Positions 24,216 to 37,100 of a stretch of 64,000 nucleotides of DNA are shown here, in pieces (the stretch's first letter is position 1; each line of letters begins with the position of its first letter). Origin of the DNA: Auanema rhodensis (taxonomy: Eukaryota > Animalia > Nematoda); the NCBI GenBank assembly GCA_964057225.1, contig OZ059897.1, positions 11,656,001-11,720,000 on the forward strand, in the 5' to 3' direction. The notes under the pieces were generated by a model, which saw only the letters and a program-made list of their open reading frames with translations, ran no database searches and was not told the origin of the DNA. Position numbers and translations under genes: made by a program.

Positions 24216-27200
24216 ATGAATGATTCGGAGTCTAACAATACTGTAGAAGTAAAAATGATAAGTGCTACCACTAAAAGTGTAGATTTTGATTTTTGGGAAA
24301 GTAATGATGAAGAAATTGTAAATATATTTGTTATACGATATTTCTTAAAGAACTTTAGGGCGTTTATCGTGAACATGCTTTGCCCGATGGCTCGTGTGAA
24401 ATAGCTGTAACGAAAGGTTGTGAAGTCGTAGTATTTCAAAGAAACGGACAAATAGTTCGCAGAATCGGTGTAACATTTGAAATTGTTGATGTTAGTTTGC
24501 TCAAAAAAGCTTAGGTAACTTTGTTCAATCAGGTTTTCTGGTTTCCGTGCTCATCTCGCTTATCCGGGGAAGAACCCGGTGAAAAAGTTGATTATCTCAC
24601 TCTTGTTGGCCAAAGAGAACTAGTTTTCTATCAAACAGAAGATGATCATCCATTTTATTTCAGTTTTCCTTTTAAGGTGGAATAGCTGTAATTTTGCTTT
24701 ACTCTAGATTATTTTAGATTCGAGGAGTTTTTCCTACAACTGATTGTCTAATTATTGAACGAAGTTGGGATCACCTTGTTAACAAAAATGAAAAAAGTGA
24801 AGATTCTATATATTTATATTCTCTAACTCATCCCTTAGATGAGTTAAGACCTATTATATATCGTGATGGAGGTTAACTACTCAACTCTATCGTTTTAAAA
24901 GAATTAATTTAGATCTGACAAATTTTTATATGCTGGTTTCTTCAAATCAAGTAGTGGATTGTTTTAGTTCGTGTATTTTAATTTATGATGATAATAAGAA
25001 GGTAAAATTGGGACTGTTGAAAAGTATACGTTTTCTTGTATAGGCACATGTTTTGTATAATATTCGTAAAGCAACTTCCGATGATTGTAGAATGATATCG
25101 GGCACACCACGAATTTTACCAGATAGACATAAAATTCAACCGTCACCCAAAACCAGTACACCTGTTTCAAGAGGTAAAATTTATTAATCTTTTTTAATTC
25201 AAAAAGGCAATAGAGTAAGAGAACGACGTTGGTCAGACATATTTTTGTTGTCTACTAAACGCAACAGTTGTAAATCACTGTGAGTCAGCAAACATGCTGA
25301 ATTATTGGGTGAACTGAGCCTTCTCAAGCTTGTTATATCTTGACTAGATCGTTGTGGTCTTGCTCGGAAAATACTACGACTTCGATAATGCATAACTGGT
25401 GATGGAGTGGTAGCGCTGTTGCTGTGTGAAGATGTTGGTGCAGAATATGCTTCAAATTAGTCTAATCAAAAGCAAAAAATATTGTGCTTATCAAACCTAT
25501 AGCGGGGGATAAATTAGGTTCCAGAAAATGAGAAGTTGATCGAGATCTTGTTGAGCGCAAGGATGCCATAGAAATAATACTACTGCAAAAGTAAAAACAA
25601 TATTATATATATTTTTAAAGATTTTTCTGACTTTGTAATACTTAATCTTAATGGCGTTTTCTCGGAAGCGCATCCTTCATATCCTCGTTTCATACTTTCT
25701 ACAACCATATTCATAAATTGTCTCCAAGATTCACATAATTCTTCTTCTGTGCTTTTTTCTGCTCTTGGTCTTATCCGTAAAATTCTTTTCAATCTGAAAT
25801 ATGTAGTTGATGGAAAGATGACTTGAACATTTTTATTTTTTAATCAAAATTCTATGTGGAACTCAGTCATGCTCAAATACGGGAAGGCTTCATTCGTTTT
25901 TCGAATATACGAATTTTCTAGAATTTTTCTCATGCAACTCACTTATTATCGTTATTGACCACATGCATGTAAGTCTTCGTCATAGCAATCGGCAATTGCT
26001 GTGCAAAAGGAGCCCAGTACGAGTTATCATTTCCCTCGTTCATATAATGTCTGTATTTCATGGTTAAAAAGATTAAACAAGTGAATAGATATACCTATGG
26101 CGGCTGCCCAGCCGAAAAGCCAATGTTTTTATCATTTCGGGATCACACTTATGAACTTTGATTAAAACGTGTAAAAAATCCCTGACCTGTAAGAGTTACA
26201 TATTTATTTTTACAAAACAGCTTCATAATACCTGTTGAATCATATTTGTAAATTGTGTATTTTCCCTATATGTGGAATGCATTGTTTCCGGCAAGTCAAC
26301 TAATGCCCATACCCATGTCGGAGTCAGTTCTGCTGCTTTGAGCCAAGCGTCGCTGAAAATTTTAATCTCTACATATACTTTCTCCTTGTTTTTAAGTAAT
26401 TTTTTGGGCAACCCTACACGATAATGTGGCTAAAATCAGTGTCTATTTCGGATGAAAGAGCTGCTGCTTAGCCGATTTCCTGAAGACGCCCCCGCCGTGG
26501 CAAATGTAATTGTGACGTAACTTGACTATTGGTCCCTTCTGTTCTATATTTGTTGGAAATTATACTGTTTTAGTACGATCAGAATTCTCCCCCTACTCAA
26601 AAGATATTTTGATTATAATATCCATAATTCAAGTATTTCATGAATATGATAATTGTTATTGCCATCAAATATTGTGCAGATTTTTCAGAACTTTTTATGG
26701 AGCAATGCTACATTCACATAGTGAATCTGCTTTTCCATTGAAGATCTGTCTCAATTTTCTGTTCATAATATTGAATAACAAATTATGCGAACAAGTAGAA
26801 CTAAAAGAAACGTACATGAAAACCTTTAGTACTAATTCAAAAAAATTGGAAATAATTATTTTTTTTGTGAAAGATTAGGAATAATGATATGACCAACCTG
26901 ATTGCATTATTTAGAATATTAGGATCATAAGAGTAAATGGTGTTCCAGGACTGTATTACATGCTTGCGATGAGTAGATAGCTGTCGTGCGCTTTGATTCC
27001 CCATTTCGAATAATTATATTACTATCAACTGAAAACTGTTTTCAATAAGTATCAAAAAGCAAAGGAATTAAACAAAAGAGAAAAGTGACTAGTTGCATAC
27101 TATGCGAAAGCTTGGACCTCTTGAGTTGAGGGTAATGCTGAAAGGAATGGGAGGAGCTACTATAGGAGCTTGTTAATGTGTTGACATTGTAGGCTTATAT

Positions 27201-30200
27201 GAGGTTATGTAGTAGAATGAATGGGAAAAAGCTAAATGAAATGTCGAGGTAAAGTATAAATCTGATATAAGCAGGAAGAACTGGTTTCAAAGCTGAGGTT
27301 TCTCCAAAAACGCTACATATAACACCTGCTGCAATCCAATTCAATTCCGAGCAAGCCTAACTTAATTTAGATCTTTGTGTCATCTCGTTTCAAGTATGTT
27401 TTGCCTTATTCACTCGTGTTAACGCGCACTGAAGGGATCATTTCACTACTAGGGGATTCCTAATGAGTCTACTGTTTCTCTAATTTCCGATTAAGTATCA
27501 GATATCGGATCAAAAGTTGCAAAATAATTGAAAAAAATAATGAAAACGGGGTAAAGGTCTTGATATTTTTATGCAAATGAACAATTTTTAATCATTCCTT
27601 CTTATTCTTTACTGAAGCACACATCTGGTTAATTACAACTGCATAAAGAATCTGCAATGACTTTAAGAGGCTTAAATTGCTGTTGGTCTTTCCCCGCTAT
27701 GTCGCAGTCTTCAACGGATCAGCTATGCTCAGAATATATATGAACATTACAATTGTTCTTAAGAATTTGTTTAAAAAATGTTTCTTGAGTTTTCTAAGAG
27801 ATAATAAAATTACAAGGGAATTTTAGATCTGATTCAACAAAAAGATATAATTATGTGATATATTTACCACGATTTTAAGGCCCAATGGCCCATATCCCAC
27901 AAGGTCGCACCACCAGAAGCATGAGACGCCTTGAAAGAACTAGAAATTTTCACATGGACAGCCCAGCTTTATCAGCAATTGGAACGCCGATGTAAGGCAA
28001 ACTTCGAGTTAATAGAAAGTATAAATATTTCAGGTCACATAACAAACCATCTTTCCGAGATTCTACAATCTCTTTCCGTTTAAGAGCTGCATCCCATTAT
28101 TCTATCAATGAGTAAATAAAACGACGAAAGTCCGAAGTTAGAAATTGTATTTAGGCTTCATCTAACTAGGGTATTAGAAAGAGAATTTGATAATGATTTG
28201 CTCTATGCTGAATTCTGTTTGGAATGTGTTTGGGTTGAGCCACGTAAAGAAGAATTTACATTTCCGGCTTGCAGGGTTCAGTAAAAATCAAAAAATATAA
28301 TGCTGACATTTGTGATTTAGGCATTTCTCTCTAAGTCGTTCATAGGGCATACATATATGAACTATGTTATTCGGCTCCCCGAGGGCATCAAAGGTTCGAA
28401 GTCCCAGTTACGTTCTATCCGACTTATTGAAGTTGAGAAGTCGTATGCTATATCAGGAAACCTACATTCAATAGAATGTGTAGATGCGACAGCCATGAAG
28501 GTACGCGGAAATTTAGACTCAAGTATTATTGTATTTTGAGGACATGTGCACGTTAGTTCTTTTCAATCATCACATATCAATTCATTCGGGAATCACTAGA
28601 ACTACTGATGTTTTTATAACTGTAATTTACTTTTGGAAATTCAGTTAACAACATTGTTTATTTAAGCCAAATAATGTCAATAACACTACTCAATGGCACA
28701 GATCAACATTTTTACCTTCTGCTATTGACAACACGTTTTCCTTAGTTGTGGGGAAATCTATTTATCAACTAACCATTCCTCCCATGTATCCATGCAAAGA
28801 TGGTTAGTCCCACAACAAAATTGATATAAGTGCTTATATATTTCAGTTGAAATGCTTTTCACCACCATCTTAGAAGCTCTTCCACAAGATAAAGCTATGC
28901 GATTAGCTGGAGAGTGGCGAAGTAATTTGAGTGAATGATTGAAATAATTAAAAAAGGGACTATTTAGGTCACACTCCTATTTCATTTCAAAAAGGTTCAA
29001 ACTGTTCTAGCATTCATAACACATATCTGTTTATACTGAAAAATATCGGCTTTGATATTCCAGCTGTTATTAACCAGGGAATGGTGCTGCATTCATATTA
29101 TCTCATTATCTTTTAAACTGCATTTTAGGACTCATCTTCTGATGACTCTGATGAAACTCAAGCAAAACAAAGACGTCCTTTAAGATCAGATGAACAGGTT
29201 ATTTCCGAACAATTTTGAAAATTATTGTTGTGTTTTAGAACTGGCAACAAGTATTATCGTTTGGCTCTGATTATCAACAAATGCCGTTTCCTTCGAATAA
29301 TGTTAGGGTCGTTGTTAATTCATCAGCTCTTTTATACGCGAATGTTTACATGTAATTACTCTAAACAATATCACTAAACAATTTTAATTGTTTTCAGCAC
29401 TTTCGCAGCTCTTCATGCTCATTGGGAAAATATATCTTTAGATAGGGGTCAGAAAGGCGTTCGATCCTCATTAGTTTGTTATTTGTATTCTGTAGCAAAG
29501 TAAGAGGATCTTCGAAGTATAGTTGTCATATTTTGATTTTCAGATTGTTACAACTAGATTCGTACATAAAGCTATACGAGAAAGTTTTTCCGAAATGTAA
29601 GACTTTGAAAGTAACATCAGCTGATAACGGATCTACAGGTACAGATTATAATGCCATTTCAAAAGAGTATTTTCTAATTTTCATTACCTATTTTTAGAAT
29701 ATTTTTTAAAAAGTTTGATAAATACTTACAATTCATTAAAACAATCTTACAAGTTTTATAAATCTTTTCAGAATTCCCTACCTCTCATGGTATTCGGAAT
29801 TTCAATCCAAATAAAGCTCTTAGTATTTGGCACACTGTTGAAACTTTTATAAACGATAATCCTATTACACCACTTCCTCTTTGCACTCCATTCACTGCGA
29901 AAGTTCTGCTTGGTTAGCATTTTACTGGATTATATATAATGTAATTTTGGTTGTTTTAGCTCTTGGTATCGGGGTTGGACGAATCAAAACGTTAAATGAC
30001 ATTCAAAGGCTATTGGGAAAGAATTGGTCGAAACGTTTGAAATTCGCTTCTGAAGAACAGACTAAATTTTTGGAGAAATTCTTAAATACCCGAGAATCCG
30101 TCGCCTCGAAGTAATTCAAAGAAATGGGCTTATTTCTCTAAATCTCAGATCTTAGATGTGTCTCTACTTTGCGCTTAACTGGAATTGGCTTACGGGAGAT

Positions 30201-33200
30201 CGAAGGATTCCCATCTTTCTTGGCTTTACTACTTGGTAGTATCATTCATTCCGACCATATAGCTTTGGATGCGTTCATATGCCGGACACCAAAAATTGAA
30301 ATGTTGTTAGGGAATCAGGACCTCATTTTAAAAGCCAATTTACAGATGCTTCCCCACTGAGGAACAATTCGGCGAAATAGCAACTACAAGATGGCCAACA
30401 GATATGAGATTGAGAAATGCAATAGAAATGCTTGATAGCTCGAGACCTGTGTTGATAAACACTGATAGCTTGTAAGTTGTAAATACTTAATAAAACATGA
30501 GTACTATTTATATTTGCAGAGGGTTAGGGGATCACGATCTCAGAGATGCCCAAGAAATGTTCTTGTCGGGATCTTCTATTCGATATCTCACCCAGTCTTT
30601 AGGAAGAGCATTCATTGATTTTAGGTGAGCTTTGATATACTACGTTTAAAATACTATTTTTAGAACTGCAACTCCTTCGCCATCAACAAACATTATTGTT
30701 CCTGATCTTTGTCTTACAGCTCGACTTTTTCCTTCAAATCTGAGTTTCGAAATACCCATCAGTGATGTATCCTGAATTTTTATACAAATTCTTTTATTAT
30801 TGATTGCAGTCGTTGAGACCGTTCCGAGAATGGGGAGAATTCTATAATGGGGTTGCTGCTGCATTGAAGTTAGCTGATTCTTCTCAAGTAAAAGTTGAGG
30901 GAGAATGGATAATGGCAATATGCAACAACAATGATAAGGTTTTAAAAATTAAAATTTAGAAGTGTAATTAATTAAATAATTTTCAAGTTCTCATCTGCCA
31001 CAAAAGCTGGGCTTTTGTATGGATTTGGTTTGAACGGTCATATTGTAAATACGAACATGTTTGATGTCCATGATCTCCTAGCTGCTGTTGAAGATTTCCA
31101 GTCGGTTGCCCTTATATTGGGATACGCTGCTTCGAGAATCGGTACTAATGACAGTCGGGTCTTCCGTATGATAACCACCCAACTTCCATTCTTAATGGGA
31201 CCAACTCTTCTACCTATCATGATTACTCCATTAATTCAGGTATAACAACTTCATTATCGCGTATTTCCTGTTATATATTTTCAGACAGCATCAATCTCTG
31301 CTATTGGACTTGTTTTTGCTGAATCTGGCCATATGAATATAACTAAAAAACTTGTGAATGAAGTTCGACTTAATTGAAATTGATGTTCGATCAGAGTACT
31401 TATTTTTAGATTGGTCGATCATCTAATCCTGAAGATGTTCCATCTGTTGATCGATATGCTTATAAGTTATCAGCTGGATTCTCAGTCGGATTGATATGTT
31501 TATCACTGGGTAGGGTTTATCTCAAAGCTTCTCTTGTTATTTCATATTCAGGTAATCAAATGATGGAGACCGATCCATGTTTCCAAGAGCCTCAACCTTC
31601 TATTATCAAGCGTTTAATCACTATGATGAATGGTGGACCCAGAGTAAATAAGACTATATCTATATATAATAAGAGTTTCATCATTATAGGATTTATGTGT
31701 GTTTCCCCAGCAAAATAATTCGAACAGCGATTATGTTCATTCTGGTATGAATCAGTTCACTCCAGATCCTTCAAGTCATATTTGGGTAGAATTTGGCTAT
31801 ACTTCGTTTTTACATGTTTGATTTTGAACAGGAAAAGGAAAATATTAACACTCATCTCACCGGACATCCAGCAACTGTTGCACTTGGGTTGATGTTCCTT
31901 CAAACAAATAACACTTATATGGCTGAACTCATGAGTTTACCTCAATCCATCTCGCTGTTAGAAGGCATACGTCCAGACCTCGTACGTTTGGAATTATTTT
32001 AAAGATTCATATGTGATATCATTGTAGGTTTTAGTTAGAGTTCTTTGTCGTAGTTTAATTATGTGGGATGAAATAGGAGATACAGAAGAATGGGTTCAAT
32101 ACCAAGTATGAAAATGTTTTTGTTTCGTATGAAAGTCATATTTAGGTCCCTGATGTTGTTTCCAAATTTTTGAGTACATCATTCAAATGGTCAGAACTTG
32201 GAGAATCTAATATGAGCAAAGAAGAAGACAAATACTGGAATAATGTAGTTGATAGAGAAACATTGGCACAGGTTTGGTCTCATGGAGTAGTGCTTTTTAC
32301 TATGTCAAAATAGGTTTATTTGTATGCTGTAACTGGCGCTTGTATGGCATTGACATTCAAACATATTGCTCATCCAAGACCTCAGAAAGTGAAAGTAATA
32401 GATATTATTGTAAGAGAAGAAATTGATTTTGAAAGTTTAAAAAGGTTTTTTAGGATATTTATTTGGATATGATTGCTCCCACTCGAAAAAACAAGTTATA
32501 TACAAGATTAACACAAAGTGCTGGAAGCAACGTTGTTAGCTTATGTATGAACACATTGCTAACATGCTTAGCTTTGGTATGAATTTGATTTTGACATGTT
32601 ATTTGGACTGCAAGATTCATTTTATCATTTTTCAGTTGTCCGCTGGAGAAGGTGAATTAGAACCTCTACGACTGGCACGTCTTTGGCGTATGCAAGACAA
32701 TGTACTGTCTTGGTCAAGAAGTATCAGGAAACACCAAGAGCAACTTGCTGCTCATCAAGCTATAGGTATTCTGTTCATGGGGAAAGGAAGGTAATAGTGG
32801 CTATTATAACTTATGTTTTATGTTGATTTATAGTTGCGGATTTAAAAACGACAAATTATCTATAGCTCTTCTTTTGATCTCTTTTTATCCTGTTGTTTGT
32901 CATAACATAACTGATAATAGGTAATCATGAGATATTTATAAAATTTCAATATTTCTTCCATTTTTAGGTTTTATCATCAACCATTACGATTCTTATGGGT
33001 TAGAACTGTAGAGCAAAGGCTTCTAATTCCTGTTTGTTATCAAACCATGAAACCAATTAGATGCAATGTTAAAATTTATTTCACAAATATGAAAACTCCT
33101 CAAGAAGGAAATGGACCCCTACTTTTGCCTAATTTAGATTTTATTGATACTATAGAAATAGGAGGAAAGTAAGCTCTTGTGTGCTTTCGTTATCTTTTAT

Positions 33201-33838
33201 TTTTTTTATCAGGAAGCATGAATTCATTCGTATAAACATCAAAGTTCCATCCGAACGAAAAGCTTTTGAACAAACTCTTTTCAAGAATTTTGGTAGAGTT
33301 AAAGTAAAACCGAGCGACGCGTAAGTTTTTTCTATTATTAGATTTAGTTCATTTTGTATTTTAGTTTTAAGTCAGAAATCCTTACTAGTGATTGGGTTGA
33401 CGATGAGTGGAACGTAGAAAATGTTTTTCAAGGAAACACCGTGAAAGATGATTTCAGTGTAAATGGTTTTGTAGAAGATTTAATGAACATGGTATAGTTT
33501 CCGGAATGTCAAGTTTTTATTTTATAACATTACAGTATGACCCCTTGATTACAAATGATCGAGCAAATATTCTTCGGTGGCCTAGTCTGGAAGCGTTACC
33601 TGCCATGTCTCATCATTTACGCAGTTGTCAAACAGTATGATTTTAAACCCGAAACCATTGATACCTTTCCGTTTTCCAGAATATGATACATGCAAAAGAT
33701 CCAAATTTGTTAAGTACAGATATTGAAATGACCCAAGCTATAGCTGAGTGGGCTGGAGAAGCGCAGCTAGGTTATCAATTAGAAACGGAGCTATCAAGAC
33801 TACGTGATCGTTTTGAACATAACATGAATGTAATTTAA
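24216..33838 (+). CDS. mat-2: Anaphase-promoting complex subunit 1 (APC1/MAT-2), dozens of short introns plus one 2.7-kb intron (25174-27879)
   Basis: YSLTHPLDELRP; RWPTDMRLRNAIEMLDSSRPV; AGLLYGFGLNGH; LILGYAASRIGT; YKLSAGFSVGLICL; PATVALGLMFLQTNN; LEGIRPDL; QAIGILFMGKGR; LLISFYP..DNRFYHQPLRFLWV (PC repeats and C-terminus). The start could instead be the ATG at 24255. Confidence 0.92.
25199..27004 (-). CDS. Nested globin-domain protein (about 308 aa, 7 exons), antisense in the APC1 intron
   Basis: Exons 26898-27004, 26232-26352, 26095-26186, 25943-26050, 25632-25793, 25497-25582 and 25199-25449 are all GT-AG and phase-compatible (927 nt). A helix LSTHRKHVIQSW; E helix FTNMIQQVRDFL; F helix LAFRLGSRH (proximal His, 26097-26099); G helix YWAPFAQQL; H helix ESWRQFMNMVVESMKRGY; N-terminus MGNQSA. 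Confidence 0.85.
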
Positions 33839-34137
33839 ATGTTGTTTTATATTGAAGTAATGAAAATAATTGCCAAATCTTTATTAGTATTTTAAAAATA
33901 ATTGTGAGGTATGGCACTTTACATAAACTTTGTATATATAAATATATATTTATATATATATATATATATACATTGCGTCTCTACTTAATTTCTTCAGATA
34001 AAGAAATATAAGTTGAAGAGACTAAAACAACATGATAATATAAAACATAATAAAACAAAACATACTACCCGACTTAGCTCTCACTGGTATTACTATATAT
34101 AATTCATGATTATAGAATGTTTTAGAACTAACACAAT

Positions 34138-37100
34138 TTAAATTTGAAAACTTTGGACAGGGTAAAGATTATCTGTTGAATCATGAGCTTGTTTAACACT
34201 CTTTAAGTGCCATTCGACTCTATGGAGATCAGCAAGGATTTGAGCATCACGAATTCTCATATCATTCTGAAATAAACACTTGAATTAACTTAAAACAATA
34301 AAATTGCTAAATTACCATTTCTCTCCTTAATTGCTCAAATAAATTGTTCCAATTTTCTTGCTTGCAGCTACTATTATCATGTTCAATAGATCTTGAGTCG
34401 GATATATCTGACTTGGAGGTTAGTGTTATAGACTCTAAAGAGTGATCAGGAGTTGAAGACCTGAATGCGATTAATTCTGTGAAAAATTAAATAATTTTAA
34501 TAATACCTGTCCATATCGAGACCGCTATCCGTTGTGGTCTCTTGGAGACTTGACTTAGGAGTAGTACTTATAAAATCATCTTCTATATTCGAACAGTAAT
34601 CTTCATCATTATACATCAACACGGGACCTCCACTGAAAAATAAATGATAAAATTTTGAAGACATACAAAGGAAATCAAAGCATACCAGGAGATATTCGAC
34701 GTATTATAACGAGAGCGAGAAACATCATCGCAAGATTCAGCTTGCTTTCTATTAGTCGGAAGAGTAGTGGAATTATATATTTTACGGAAAAATTTCTTTG
34801 TAGCTCGGAGGAATTTGGTATTATTCCCATCTGTTCGATTTAATGAATTTTTCATGGTTGAAGTTGAAGCGTCACAGTCTACAACAGCATTATGCGTATC
34901 TGCACCAGCACTTTGAGACCTGAATGCAAATGTCGTCAGAAAAATCAACAAAACCTTTGTAAAACCTGTGATGAGCTCGTTGCAAAGACGATTCTAATCG
35001 ACTTTTCCGTTTGTTAGATAAAGAGTAGTTCAGGTTATGGTCCAGTCGGAAAGCTGCTTTGAGTGTGTCAATTGCTTGTTGATCAGGAGCAGCTTCTCAA
35101 AAAATTAAGGTTACGTTGTTCAAAAAAATAAATAAGTAATGTTTTAAGAAAAAGTTCGAAAATCAAAGTAGCCAACTTTGAAACATCGAAACATATTTGC
35201 ACTTTGGCATTTTCGAACATTATTGAAGAATGCTCGCATTCGGGATTGTATTTGATGAAAAACGTTCATGAAACCACATAAACAGACAAGTTTCAATTTG
35301 TTGAAAGAACATGAAAACGATGAGATAATAGACAAACAAATTGAAACACGTCTGTTCCTGAATCCACGAACAAGAATGCGATTAAAATTAAATAATGTTG
35401 AACATTTAGCATGTATCATACCTCGGAGCACAAATTCGAGCAACATCTTGAAATAAGAAAATATTTAGATCAAGAAAAGAGGGTAAATGATACGTTTTTG
35501 TTTTAAATAGAGCAATTGTACAAAAAGCTTCTAAAATGAAACCAACTGCTCCTTTGCGGAGGAGAAGCGGTGTTCCTCTATGTTCTTTTTAAACTAGAAA
35601 GCAAGATAAATGGATTAAGGAACGCCATTTTCAAATCAGGAAATCAAAAATGTTTTTAACAGGTTATCAAATGTTGCAATGTTGATATTCTCATCACAGA
35701 AAAGAATAATAACTAAAGTTCATGTTTAGCAGAAAGAAATTTTACCTGACAAAAATCTTCTTAAAGGTCTCATATTTCCTCAGATATCTCTAATATTATT
35801 TTAGATGAATACACTATCAATAGTGAGTGAGAAAAATTTGTGGTGAATTTATGTGAGGGATAAGCATGTATGGATGAGAGGAGAAGAAAAGGAGCAGAAG
35901 GAGATTCGAGAGAACAAACAGGAAGCTGGCTTGAAGACTCTCATTGATGTATACAATTATTTGTCTGGGACAGAAAAAAATTCGAATACATGTTGTTAAA
36001 TCATTAGAAGTGGAGAACTAAATCCAGACAGTGGGGTGTATGACTCCACTCGGACAAAAAAATCCATTTTCGTCTTTAAGAGCTAAAAAAACTTCGCAAT
36101 CCCAGATGGATTGCTAAGAGCAAGATCTATTGAAGGGAATATAATTAAAGTTGTAGTAAAGATTCTATATAAGAATATGCAACTTAATAAGCTAAATCAA
36201 GATCATAAGACAAAGATTATGTAGTAGTTTTGAAAAATTATCAAGAGATGATGCGTTGTCGGCGAAATAGAGGAAATAACTCGTCTCTCAAACTTTCACT
36301 TGAAGTTCCGTAACAAGGCCGGCCTACGGCGTGAAAAGTATTTCAAGCTATTGCTCGAAAGCAATATATGAATGTTGACATAAGAAATTAAGTGGGAAAG
36401 AGAAATCAAGAAGGAAATAGACGGCATAGAAATAATTGAAGTGAATTAAAGATGAAAAGAGATTGTGAAAATTACTATATACGTTGTATAAATGTAAATA
36501 TTGCTAGTAAGAGTTTCATAGTTATCAAATGTTCTCATAAATTTAAAATATTTTACCTACTGATCCTTTTTGTCCTTCAATATATTCCACATATTCTGAA
36601 CTAGAATAACAATCGAGAGGATCGACAAATCGTTGGCTAACAGACAATGAGCTCGGTACAGCTCCTGAAAAATATGAAGATAATATAATAATAATAGAGA
36701 AAAAAAACGACAAACCTAAGCTACGCTGAGTATGGGTAGGATGTAATCGGCAAAGATTTGGACTGCTTTCTCCCATTCTTCGACTTTCACGATTAAGCTT
36801 GCTTAAACGGTAGTTATTGACAGAGAAATTATTTTTTTCTCGAAGTATCACTTCGTCAGTTCTGAAATCACAAAATTAGAAAACATAAAATTGTAAGCCA
36901 CAAATAAAATTAGTTAATACAAGTAGCAAAACAAAAAACTTAAAAGTGATTTCAGTAGAACACTAATGACAGTTGGTTTTGAAAATTTTTCAAAAAAAAT
37001 AAATAAAAATGATAAACATGAAGTATTAATATGATCACGAAGGAAGCGTCAGTCTGAGACAAATGACTGAGCAAACTAGAAAATCTATACATATATTCAA

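Noticed and set aside
26400-26560. Minus-strand YICHGGGVFRK..GCP, reminiscent of a MULE/WRKY transposase fragment
   Set aside because: Short, interrupted by stops, no TIRs or DDE motifs; lies in globin intron 1.
36020-36062. Small hairpin resembling a Helitron 3' end
   Set aside because: 8-bp stem only, with no CTRR terminus or second copy.
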